Of a stretch of 64,000 nt of DNA, positions 25,851 to 37,192 are shown one piece after another. This DNA is from Vicugna vicugna. Taxonomy: Eukaryota. The notes below the pieces were generated by a model. It had not been told where the DNA came from and made no database searches. It saw only the letters and a list, made by a program, of their open reading frames with translations. Position 1 is the stretch's first letter, and the number at the start of each line of letters is the position of its first letter. The DNA lies in NCBI GenBank assembly GCA_013265495.1, contig MU058451.1, forward strand, positions 541,023 through 605,022, read 5' to 3'. The position numbers and the translations under genes are program-made.

Positions 25851-26911
25851 CTAGTCACAAAACATGTAAAAGATATTGTCACACTTTAAATGATAATTCA
25901 GCCTTTTAAGAGATCAATTTTCATACAGCTGACTTGTGAAAGGCTACAAAAACTATTAACATTTAGAGGAAATAGAAATGGGATGAATTATAGCAGCGTA
26001 TCTCTGGGATGGTAACTGTTCCTTCTGTCTCAAAGACAGAGATTTTTATTCTTTTATGCCCCTCTAGGTCTCTATAAAAGCCTTTGTGTTTTTCTAGTCA
26101 TTCCTATTTTATACAAAAATTTGAAAGTCACTCTTCATAATTTCAGCTAGCTTTGAGATTGAGATGGGTGTTGAAGAGGCAGGAATACAGAATCCAGGAA
26201 CGTTTCTCTATTGAGATGCCTAACATATAGTAAAAAAAAAGTCATTGCATCATGCCAATAGCTAATAATAAAAGGATGATAACATAAAGTTCTTTCTGTG
26301 AATGCTGAAAAGAAGCCCCAAACCTGGGGCTAAGATAGTAAACCATTAAAATAAATGTAACCCATATTACCCTCACTGACACAAAGAAAATCAATTAATT
26401 AACCAGTCAAATAGCTAACTGGCAATGATCTAACCAGTATACTAACGTACAGTAACTACAAGCACCAGGACATCAAAGTGCTGAAACACTGTGATAATTG
26501 GGGAAACAGAACACAAACAGGTAATAATTAGAGAACTACACTCGGTACCATTTAATGGATACCAAATGAACAACTGAGCTAATAAAAGCAACTGGAGTTT
26601 AGAGAAAGGAGAAACAATTAGGAAAGGATTCATAAATATGATAGAACTTGAGGTACAACTTACAGGGTGAGGAGGATTGGGAAGAATTCAGAGAAAGACC
26701 TGCAGGTAAGGGGAACAGCATTAGTAAAGGCATAGAAATGAGGACGAGTGTGGCATCTGTGCAAAACACAATGCTACCAACTTGTCTGATGCAAAACACT
26801 GGTTAGGAAGAGGGGCCTCTCAAATAAAGAGGAGAGGGGTAAATAGGATAAGCTCAGATCATGGAGGGGCTTAAGATGCCTTTCACAGAACAGAAGAATT
26901 TAAACTTCAGT

Positions 26912-27060
26912 GGGGGGAGGGTACAGCTCGGTGGTAGAGTGTGTACTCAGCATGTATGAGGTCCTCGGTTCAATCCTCAGTACCTCCATTAAAACAAATA
27001 AATAGATAAACAAATCTAATTACCACCCCCCCGCAAAAAGAATAAATTATTAAAATAAAA
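26912..27060 (+). mobile_element. tRNA-derived SINE (Vic-1-like), inserted in an L2 relic
   Basis: ggggggagggtacagctcggtggtagag...ggttcaatcc...ctaattaccacc. Confidence 0.85.
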
Positions 27061-28896
27061 ACTTTATCACACGTTGTCTACCGTGCACTCTTCAGTAAGA
27101 AAATGAAATAGTGTTAAAAGGTCAATTAGTCTGGCAGCTGTAGGTGGGGGGGTTGGGAGGGGAGTGATCAGAAAGACCAGGAGGGGATGACTGCAATAAC
27201 CCAGCTAGCAGGTAACCAGGGCTAGTGTTGTATCAATGGAAATATGGAGAGAGAAAAAGACATTAGAGGAAAATTGGCAAGGCATAGAAATCTGGCTGGT
27301 AGGGGGGATAAAGGAGGTAGAAATTCTGCAAATATAATAAAAACAAAATAAAATGACAGCAACTAGAACTTCCCTCTTCAGCCCCAAACTCCATTATTTT
27401 TTATCTTTGAGGCTGAAGCAAAAAATAATATGCTATTCGGGGACTGACATTACAGAATAAGGCTATTTTCATTATGGAGTGAGAGAGTGAGGTTTTTTTG
27501 TTTTTATTTTTAATCTGCATAATTTTATCTGTCAGTAAAGAGGTGGAGATATTATACTTCAAGTTAAGAAATCTTTTCAAAAAAACTCACAATTATCTCA
27601 AAATTAGAAAATAAATGTCATCCTATAAAATAACTCCATTTAAGTTTTTAAAATTATATGCAAATATGAAAACACTTATCATATTCACGATAGCAACTTA
27701 TATAAGTAAGATGGAGAAGGGTATGCTGAAAGCAATCATATAATAATAATAATTTTTAATAAAAGTTTATCAAGATATAATTCACAAACTATAAAATTCA
27801 CCCTTTTGAAATGTACAACTCTGTGGGTATTTTTTCCAGTACAAAGACTTGTATAATTGTAATCACTGTATAACTTTTGAACATTTTCAAAACACTGTAC
27901 CCAGTGGTACTCATTCCCTATTCTTACCTTCTCCCCGCCCCCTGGCAACCACTTACCTACTTTCTGTCTCTATCATATAATTATTTTATCAGAAGGAAAC
28001 CCTCATTTGTTAAGGTTTAAATATTAGATTATAACATCATTGCTGATGCTAATTATTTAAGTTGATACAAACATGTAATACTGTTCCTGTATAATACTTT
28101 CCAATAAAAACACACTTTAATTGAATAGCATAGAAACAAATGTTTGACTTCTAGGACTAGAATATTAAATACATGGCAAAGGCCCAACTTCAGCTGCAAA
28201 ATAATGATTATCAAATAACAAAATATATTTTGTAAGGTTTAGTCAAAAACTAACCAAAACAGAACACTTAAGCAGCCTGGGGCTGTACAGTTCTCATGTC
28301 TAGTAAAATTCTGGCTCCCTGTAAGTCACCAGGAGTTGCTAAATCATACACTGATTGTAATTTAAAATTCTGTAAGCAGGTTGCTTCGGAGTTACTGCAT
28401 CTTCCCATAGAAATCTTATAAATGGCGTTCATAATTTTGGTCTGGCCTGTAAAAACACAGGTTGTTAGCGCTGTCAAGTAGTTGAAAAATTTCTGCCATA
28501 CTAATAATTCAACAGTTATAAAAAATTAAACTAATAATTAAAATATGGAACAGAAATTATAAAGCAAAAAAGAACAAGAATGCTAACAATTAAGGATTTA
28601 GAGAATGAAGAAACACATGGAACTTTTGCGGGGAGATTCTGACAGTTACCTCTGTATAATTTCAGTGTGGAATAACTCAAGGTTTGCATATAGCTGGTCC
28701 AGCTTCAATAAAGTTCAGAATGAAACACAACCAGCCACTTCTCAAATAAAGTACTAAAGTTTTAGTGGCTATAAAACAGTGTCAAATTTCTCCCTGATTT
28801 TCTTTAAATCAATATATTAGGTAATCTAGTATATAAGTACTGTTTTGTATGGAACCCAAAACTATTTTAATTTTTACTTTAAAAAAAGTGGGTGAG

Positions 28897-28930
28897 TAAA
28901 ATGATTATGAATCAATAAAAAATGTAAAAA
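28897..28930 (+). mobile_element. Minimal L1 tail insertion (34 bp)
   Basis: Perfect 16-bp TSD aaaaaaagtgggtgag (28881-28896 and 28931-28946) at a TT|AAAA site. Confidence 0.8.
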
Positions 28931-29463
28931 AAAAAAAGTGGGTGAGATGTCCATTAAGAGGTGAATGGATACACAAATGGTGGCACGTTCCTACCACGGA
29001 TTACTACTTCGCAGTAAGAAAGGAACAAACTACTAATGCAGGAAACATGGGTGAATCTCAAAAACACAATGCTGTGTGAAAGGACAGAGAGTGATTCTGG
29101 ATCCCTATGCTACGGGCAACTTTGGAACACAGGCCAAAACTAATCTACAGTGAAATGAAGCAGATGAGTGGTTGCTGGAGGTGGAGGGGGAAATCACTGC
29201 AGGGGGGCTGGGGGGGGCCTCTTTTTGGGGAGGTGAGAATGTTCTTTATCTTGACTGGAGTGATCATATACGCGTTTGCCAAACTATATACTTAAAATGG
29301 GTACATTTCATGTATGTAAATTCAGGCTCGATAAAGCTGACTTATGAAGGAGAAAAAGGGGGCCATAAACATTTTAATTTTGCAAATTGGCTCTCATGCT
29401 AAAGGAGCTGACCAAAGCTAATTAAGGAGTTTTGCCATCAGTTTTTTTTTTTTTTTGCCGTAG

Positions 29464-29602
29464 TTTTTTTTCTTTAATTTTTTAGTGGGCAAGGGGAGGT
29501 AATTAGGTTTCTCTGTTTATTTTTGATGGAGGTACTGGGGATTGAACCCAGGACCTCTTACATGCTAAGCACACACTCTACTACTGAGCTATACCCTCCC
29601 CC
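29464..29602 (-). mobile_element. tRNA-derived SINE (Vic-1-like)
   Basis: Same family; TSD tgccgtagttttt/tgccatagttttt. Confidence 0.85.
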
Positions 29603-30460
29603 TGCCATAGTTTTTTAATTCACAAAATTTAATGATAGACAAGAGAAAGAAAGGTGAGGAAAAGTCTGATTGATAGAGAATGATTTCCTGGGCCAGGCAG
29701 TCCCCTTGGACTGGGAGGAAGGAGGTTAGAGGGGTAGGTAGGCAGGTTTTTAGAGCGGTCAGCCTGGTGATGCTGGGTGCTGTAGCTGAGAATGTTCTGA
29801 TGTCCCAATTATAGTCTCAAGAACTAGAAAGAAGGTAATTAAAAATGTTAAAAAATATTAGTTGAATGCCTATGTACATTCTTTTTGTGAATGAATGTTC
29901 TTAACCTTGTCTTGCCTGGACACGCCAAACATACCCCCATTCCAGGGTCTCTGCCTCTGCACTGCCCTCTGCCTGGGGTGCCCTCCTCTCAGACACCTGT
30001 AGGGCTCACCCCCTCTCCCTCCACCCTGGATAGAACACCAGTGATTGCCTTATGTTATAGAAGACGTGAGGCCACGTTTAGAACATGGACAGTAACAGCA
30101 TCCGCCTCACAGAACTCATGAGAAGTTCTCACGCAGGGCCTGGCACACGGTGGATGCTCAGCAGTAGTTAGCCATTATGAAATCTAAAACAGTCATTGTC
30201 ACACAAACTAAATAAAAACTGACCTTCATCACTGCGCAAAGGGGAAAAATAAGAGGGAAGAGTTCTGAAACAGAAAACAGGACTCTTCCTTTCCTCTGTT
30301 GTTAAAGCTGGGGACAGTATTCAAGTTATGTTCACTTCTAAAAGTACCATTTAAATATAATGTATTCAGTACATGGTTTACTAGCTTACTTAGCTCTGCT
30401 AACTGAATTAAATTATTCCAAAAACAGTTTTCTTCAATGAGCTTAATGTTTTCTGTTTAC

Positions 30461-30624
30461 CATTATTGATGCTTTTACAAATATCTGTTATGCCTCCAGT
30501 GTGATCACGGTGCCAGTGCGTCACTATGATTTCCTGGATTGCTGTGTTGAATTCAGTTAGAGCCTGCTTTAAGCAGCTGATATATTCTGGAATTGCTGGT
30601 TCTCCAGTGTCAATGAGGATTCTC
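30461..30624 (-). CDS. LACTB2: LACTB2 exon 2 (164 nt; [54 protein letters not shown])
   Basis: Acceptor tttcag|G, donor G|GTAAAC; contains the THWHRDH (HxHxDH) metal-binding motif. Confidence 0.97.
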
Positions 30625-31057
30625 CTGAAAATTAAAAGATAATCACACAATTGGAGCACAGAGTTAATAGCAGCACATTTCTCACTCAGATAAATTACGG
30701 TACATTTAAGAAACTGCATAAATTATTTTGCTTTCAACATGCTTGAAAACCAGCTGTATCAGCTTAACTGTAATAATCTCACCTTACGAAAGCTCTTTGA
30801 AAAAACATAGCTAAATGTAAGCCTGAACAAGGAATATTAGCAATAATATTGAACATTTACACAGCACTTAAAAGAAATACGGCACTATTCCAAGGACTTT
30901 TCATATTTTAACAATTATATTCTTCAGAACAACCTTGCAAGGTGGGCATTTCATTCTTTTAACCAGAAATTAAGTACCTCGCTCAAGGTTACTCTGCGAG
31001 GAAATGGCAGAACCAGGTATTCTCACGCCAGATCTGCCTTCAAGATCTTTTACAGTA

Positions 31058-31191
31058 ACTTCAACATATACAAAATCTTGTAGTAGCTCATGGTGAAAAT
31101 GAATATGTGTAAATTCATGTATGACTGAAAAATTCTGCTGTACACCAGAAATTGACACAACATTGTGAACTGAGTATAACTCAATAAAAAA
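31058..31191 (+). mobile_element. Young 5'-truncated L1 3' end inside a MIR
   Basis: Same tail family; TSD aagatcttttacagta/aaaatcttttacagta. Confidence 0.8.
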
Positions 31192-33161
31192 AAAATCTTT
31201 TACAGTATCTTCAAATGTCTCAAAGATATCAAAGAATCTGATTCAATGGTGTCCCTAAGGAAACCAAATCATCTGCACAATGTACAAAATGGATTCTTGA
31301 TGTGTTTCATGGGCTCCTTACATCAAAGTGAAGGCAGCAGGGATGCGTGGGGAAAATGTCTGAGCTGCTTCATTTCTTTACCCAGACAACCTTATTAGTT
31401 GTACTTACGGTTCTGAACCTTCCTTTGACAGGAGAATGTGGTTAGCACACCAAGGAGGGAGCGGTCAACAGTGTAAGATAATGAAATTCAAATAAGATGG
31501 GAATGGAAAAATGCCACTGGGTTTAGTGATATAGGAGCCACCTGTGATCTTTGTGGAACAGACGGATACCAATATCAGAACCTCTTACTTGGACCCAATT
31601 AAGACTCATTGCTGATTACCCGACACCTACTTATACAGCACGGCAGTAGCATCTGTACATTAACTTATTCTAGCTCAACTGTATGGGCTCATGATCATCC
31701 TCAGCTCTCACCATTCCACTCCACGAGTTCATGTGAGTGGCAGCATAAAGCAGTACGAGACTGAAGACTGAACCTGCTCTTCCCTCAATCAGTTTCAGGT
31801 TCTCTAAGTCTTTCAGCACCAGCGCTTTGCCATGCTGAGTGTGATTCTAGTGTTTAAGGATACAGTGTTTATTTTGCATACAACATGGCCCCTAAAGTTG
31901 GCAAGCCCACTTCTTCATCTGGTTTTCAGACAGAACCAGCCATCTGTTTCATCGCTGGAAGAAAAGCAGGCTGTGTTGAACTCACTGAGAGACAGTACAC
32001 TCATCTCCAACACAGTGTTTTCACGACTTTCTAGGGTAGTTTTGACTATATGCTATTTTCATCTTAGGTACTGACTTTAGAACTCGTTTAAGATGACACA
32101 CTGAAGAGAGAAGAGAATACCCATGGACTTCCTGGGGTCTCAGCCAACCCAGACTCTGTGCTAGATATCAGGTGTTTTTCGTGCTTCACTTTCTATCCTC
32201 CTAGATCCTGGAGGCACCTAAAGCTCTGACCCTGCCTTGTTTACCCCGGACTTAACTTTCTGCCTGCTTGACTTGCTGTATTTCCAGTTCCCCCATCCTG
32301 CTGTTTCCAAAACTGTGATCTACTGGAAAAAGGCAAATACAGTAGATACTTCAAATGAAACCCCAATAAACTATACTTATTAAGCTGTTTTTAGTAATCA
32401 GCTGTATTTTATTAATTTTAATACGTCTCAACTGCACAATTAAATTCTGTGCTCAAGGGGAACTGAATCTTATTTTATTGCCTAGAGTATACTAAAAGAC
32501 TAAGTACTATATAAAAATTGCTCAACCCACTTACTGTGCAATAAATCACATATGCCCGTTTCTGCATAATTCCACTAAAACAGAATGCAGCTGAACAAGA
32601 GAAAACTCTTAGAAATACAGACAAGTTATTCCATCTGCAAAATAACTTAAGGCCACACAATAGTAACGAAAAACAGTTAGTTAGCTCCTCTCTCCCAAGG
32701 GCTAGGGGTCTCTTTTGGGTTTCACAGCAATCCTGCCCCCTGCTGCTGATTTAAGAAAAAGGCCTCGGCACACGAATCGCTTTTGCGAAAGGGAGTTATG
32801 CTCTGGGCCAAACACCAGTGAAAAACCAGCGGGTGCAAAGTAAACGCTTTCCTGGATTCGTAACTGCAGGAGATCTTAGTTTCTCAACAGCTTAATATGC
32901 TCATCTTGGCATTAACATGAAGCAAAGTAAATTGGGTCTCAAAAACAGGATTTTTTTTTTCCTCCATCAGTCATTTGTAAGTCAGTTGACCACCTGGGGT
33001 GGTCGTGATTTAGGGGCTGTCCTGAGTCGGGGCGTCGGCCGCCGTGCGGTGCCTGGTGCTCGCGCACAGCTTCTTCGACCGCGGTGAGCAGTCGTTGCAG
33101 TCTCACCTCCGCGCGTCCTGCGGGCCGCCGCTGTGTAATCGGGGTTAAAGGGGACGTTTAC

Positions 33162-33283
33162 CTGGGGCCGGTCCCCACCAGGTAGGTGTTGGTGCCCTGC
33201 AGGGTCATGGGACCCGGGTTACAGCCCAGCACGCGAACCACCCGACTGGACAGCCGTTCGATCCGCTGCAGTGTGGCAGCCAT
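33162..33283 (-). CDS. LACTB2: LACTB2 coding exon 1 (122 nt; [40 protein letters not shown]...)
   Basis: ATG at 33283-33281; translation matches the LACTB2 N-terminus; donor AG|GTAAAC follows 33162; phase 2 joins exon 2 in frame. Confidence 0.97.
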
Positions 33284-33349
33284 CTCTGTCTCTGCCGCGC
33301 AGGCGGATGGAGGGCGGAACCAGCAACAAGACCCGGGGCGGGGGCGGCG

Positions 33350-33359
33350 GTCACGTGAC
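33350..33359. promoter_or_regulatory. Palindromic CLEAR/E-box GTCACGTGAC
   Basis: Exact 10-bp palindrome, the consensus site of TFEB/TFE3/MITF and USF. Confidence 0.75.
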
Positions 33360-33478
33360 GCCGCGCGAGCGGAGCGGGAGGGGAAATAGCTAGCTGTGCT
33401 GGGGGCGGGGCCAGCGGTCACCGGACGCCACGGGGAGGGGGCGCGGAGATGGGCAGCTGTGCCGGGGCGGGGCCAGAG

Positions 33479-33488
33479 GTCACGTGAC
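33479..33488. promoter_or_regulatory. Second palindromic CLEAR/E-box GTCACGTGAC
   Basis: Exact second copy, 129 bp from the first. Confidence 0.75.
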
Positions 33489-35088
33489 GCTGCCCGGGTT
33501 TCGCGGGCTGAGGCGCAAAGGAGTTCGCCCACGCGAGGCTTGAGGGGGCGTGAGGCGACGCTCGAGTTCTGTCAGCGGGCTCTATCGCCTGCCACAGAGC
33601 CTGGTACATTCTTAGGAGTTTGTGTCCAGGCAGGCGAGTTCATCCAAGTGGGCGATAGACGTTTTAACCTGGGAAGTCTTGTGATGGAGCAAAGGGCAGG
33701 CAGGTTTGGGGTTAGTCGCTGAGTTCAGTCTCCGGGAGGGTTGCTCGTCAGCTTCTCGGGTGATGGTGGGGGGTGTGTGTGAGGAGTAGCGCGCCCATCT
33801 TTCATAATAAATAGCAGTAACGAACGTTTATTTAGCGTTTACTGCTGTGCTAAGCGCTTTTTACAACCACTATCATTTATTCTAAACATTATCCCTTAGC
33901 TTTTTTTTTTGAAATTAGGATTTCCCTTGTGCTTTTCATCACCATTTCATTTAATAAATTGCCACGCTGTTCATTTAGTAGGTGAAGAAATGGGTGCAAC
34001 AAATAATTTAAAATTTAAGTGACTTGACTAGAGTCGTGCAAGGTGACATTAGACACTAGCAGAAGAGCAGGAACAGAGGGTCGTGATGAACTTGGTTTAG
34101 ACAAGTAGAAACTGAGGTGATTGTGGGATATCCCTATAAAGAGATCAGTAGACAGATACGTGGGTTGAGCTGAGAAGAAAGTTCTAGGCTACAGATACAA
34201 AACTGAGTCTTTGTGAATATGTTTAGCAATATGATTTGAAGTTTAAGTTCTTCCCCAAGAAATAAGACCAATGATTTTTACATTCTGTTCAGTTACATTT
34301 ACAATAATTTATCATCTACCTGTAACCTATAAGGTATTGTAGATGTATGGGGGGGTGCATTAAAATGAATAAGATGGTCAGCTTTCTAGAGGCTTATAAC
34401 AGAAAGGAGTTGTACATGATCTAATATTTTAAAGCATATGTGGGTAAATCCTAGAGAAGTATAGTTAAAGTGATGGGATAGCAAGGAGGAAGGGAGAATC
34501 AAATTGATTAGGAAGATCCAGGGACGCTTAAAGTTGTGGATTTTGAGCTGATTTTTAAAGAACTGATAGCACTTTAACAGGAAATGTAGGTGAAAGGGCA
34601 TTCTAGATAATAAATAACCTTGAGCAAAGGCTTGGAAATAGAACTGTAGTGTTTATTTTGGGAATAGAAACCAACAACCATATATTCTTGAGGCATAGGG
34701 TTTGAGAAGGTACACAGTTTGAAAAAAGTAGGTTTAAGTTAATGATACATTGTAAATTATCAGTATTTCAGGAACTAGTATTTCAGGTTCAAGAATCTCT
34801 CTCCCTTTCAAACATGAATTGTCTGCTTGGATATGCTGTGTGGCAAATTGCATCTTCTTACAACTTAATTGATAATACAGTCAAAGCTTGTAACGTAGTC
34901 AACCTATAAAAGGAGCCATGTAATTCCTTCCCCAATGTGACAATTTTAAAGGGGTGTCCTGTTGTCTCAACGATACGGACTCTGTAATCACTGGATGAGA
35001 AATCGCATATATGACTAACAGGTGATTTCAGCTTCATTTTAGTTTCGATCATAAAGGTTCACACTCCCCTTATTATCCTTGCTTTCAG

Positions 35089-35169
35089 TGAGGAAGAAAT
35101 AAAAGAGTCCCAAGATGAAGATTCTCCGGAAGGGGCTTTGAGTTAAAGAAGGCTTTTTATACTTGAACG
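35089..35169 (+). other. XKR9: Probable XKR9 non-coding 5' UTR exon (81 nt)
   Basis: Pyrimidine-rich acceptor ...tccttgctttcag| and consensus donor ACG|GTAAGT, lying between the promoter and the first coding exon. Confidence 0.65.
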
Positions 35170-35792
35170 GTAAGTCTATAACAAGTGTGTTAAATTTGAT
35201 TGACAAGGGAAAGTTTGTTGGTTTGTACTTCAGGCATCTTCTTTATTGTGAAGAGATCATATGAGTTCAGCAGGCAAGGGTTGTGTATTTTGGCTGGCAG
35301 CCAAGTAGCTACACAGCTGGGCTGACCTCTGAATGTGACTGGATTGAAACTGTCCTGTTAAGTCAGTAAGTATCACGAATTCTCTATGTCAAATTTTGTA
35401 GCTGGCATTATTTCTCCTAAGGTGGTATTGATCAGTCGTAGGAATAAAGATGAACTTTCATACAAGTTATACAACTATGTGGTCACTGAAAGAGTTGCAT
35501 GCCCTTTTTTTTAATGAGAGCTGCTATATTTATTACGTACTTTGCTTTGTAGTTTTCTTTCCAGTTGGCGTTATGTTCTGCTTCACTGAATTAGGAATTT
35601 AGAAGATGCCAAGTCAGATTAGTTTATTGAGTTTATTAGTTTATGTTCTGTCAATAATGCAATTTCTAAGTTTATTAGAAATTATTATTTCCAATCTTGT
35701 AAAGCTTGATCCAAAATGGCTAGTGTTTTTCTTATCCATGCCAGGTAAAGGAAGCTCCCTTTGTGGGGAGAGCAATTAAGAAATGCACACAT

Positions 35793-35842
35793 ATTGACAC
35801 AACATTGTAAAATGATTATAAATCAATAAAAAATGTTAAAAA
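35793..35842 (+). mobile_element. Minimal L1 tail insertion (50 bp)
   Basis: Perfect 15-bp TSD aagaaatgcacacat (35778-35792 and 35843-35857). Confidence 0.8.
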
Positions 35843-36351
35843 AAGAAATGCACACATGGAGTGCTTAGTTATTATAGTCTGTAATTTTAGGGAAATTATC
35901 TATAAGGTCTACCTCGTTTTAAGACGCAAACATGCGGAGTCGGGGTGGGGGCACGGTCAGCCCTGAAACACGAGGGGCGCGCGCACAGCGAAGGCAGAGG
36001 TGGGACCCAGGCGGATACATTCAAAGACGCGTCCAACAAATAAATAAGGCATGTCAGGAAGGGGCTGAGGTGGGTGCAGGCAGGGGAGGGAGCTGTGAAG
36101 GGGCAGGCAGGGCTCCGGAGGTCACAGCTGAAGATGCAGGTATGTGGGGCGTGGGGCGTCTGGAGCCGAGGACCAGAAGGAGGGAGGGCACGACCCGGAG
36201 GGAAGAGGAGAGGACAGGGAGCAGGGGTAGGGGAAGGAGTTCAGCACTTCGGAGGGGGAGGAGGTGGAGACCGAGGACGGGCTCCAAAAGAAGTGACGGG
36301 AAAGCTGCCGACAGGGGGCTCCCCCTCCCCCAGAGCGCCACCCCTTCCTGG

Positions 36352-36500
36352 GGGTACTTTGTTTTATTGTGCTTCAATAAAACAAAGATATTCGTTCTTT
36401 TGTTCTTTCGTCCTTTTTTCTTTCTCTCTTTCTCTCTCTCTCTTTTTCTTTTTTACAAATTGAACGTTTGTGGCCACTCTGCATCAAACAAGTCTACCAG
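36352..36500 (+). mobile_element. Tigger1 5'-end fragment
   Basis: gttttattgtgcttc...agatatt...ttttacaaattgaacgtttgtggccactctgcatcaaacaagtcta resembles the Tigger1 left end. Confidence 0.65.
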
Positions 36501-36788
36501 GGAAATTCATGGCCTGCTAGATTGGAAAAACTCAGTTTTTTTAAAAGTTTTTTTTTCCATTTTGTTGGCCACAACATTTTTGACAGGAAAAGTAGCAATC
36601 ATGAACCTTTTTTTTCCTCTGTAAGAAGAGTGAGATATCTTTTAATATTATTATGAAGACCTTTAAACAAAATACTTGTAAGTGGTAAAATGACAAGAAT
36701 GCTGTAAGTATTAGGTTGTGTGTGTTTTTAAGTAAAACTTTCCCCTCCTGGTTTTTAAAGTAATAAATGTTCTTTGTAGGACATGTAG

Positions 36789-37192
36789 GGTGTTAGTTGG
36801 CTCAGACTGCCGTAACAGAACACTACACACTGGGTGCTAAAACAACAGAAATTAATTTTCTTACAGTTCTGGAGATTGGAGGTCCAACATCAGGGTGCTA
36901 GCAGGGTTGGTGTCTGGTGAGGCCTCTTTCTTTGGGTTGCAGATGGCTCCTTTCTTCCTATGTCCTCATGTGGCCTTTCCTCTGTGTGTGTTTGGGGGTG
37001 GGAGGGGGCGAGATAGATCTCTGGTGTCTCCTCCTATTCTTATAAGGACACCACTCCTATTGGACTAGGGCCCCATCTTTGTGACTTCTTTTAAGTTTAT
37101 TACCTCCTTAAAGGCCTGTCTCTAGATACAGTCACATTGGGGGTTAATACTTCAACATAATGACTTTTGGGGAGAAACTATTCAGTCTATAC
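36789..37192. mobile_element. MaLR LTR (MLT1A/B-type)
   Basis: tgttagttggctcagactgccgtaacag...ttcttacagttctggag...ggagaaactattcagtctata. Confidence 0.8.

Larger units (their letters stand above)
33000..33730. promoter_or_regulatory. CpG island / bidirectional promoter of LACTB2 and XKR9
   Basis: GC- and CpG-rich; overlaps LACTB2 exon 1; GC boxes (GGGGCGGGG) near 33335, 33402 and 33464; the two genes diverge from it. Confidence 0.9.

Noticed and set aside
33284..33532. In-frame open stretch upstream of the LACTB2 ATG (possible N-terminal extension)
   Set aside because: No upstream ATG; it runs through promoter motifs; stop-free frames are expected in GC-rich DNA.
33600..33720. Donor of XKR9 non-coding exon 1
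   Set aside because: Several candidates (CTG|GTACAT 33604, CAG|GCGAGT 33634, GGG|GTTAGT 33711); cannot choose without transcript data.
36331..36352. CTCF-like GCGCCACCCCTTCCTGG
   Set aside because: Spacing and core do not fit the consensus, and the background is GC-rich.
35932..36624. 230-aa ORF and overlapping ORFs
   Set aside because: Low-complexity Arg/Gly then Phe/Leu composition from a G-rich patch, a Tigger fragment and T-tracts; no recognisable domain.
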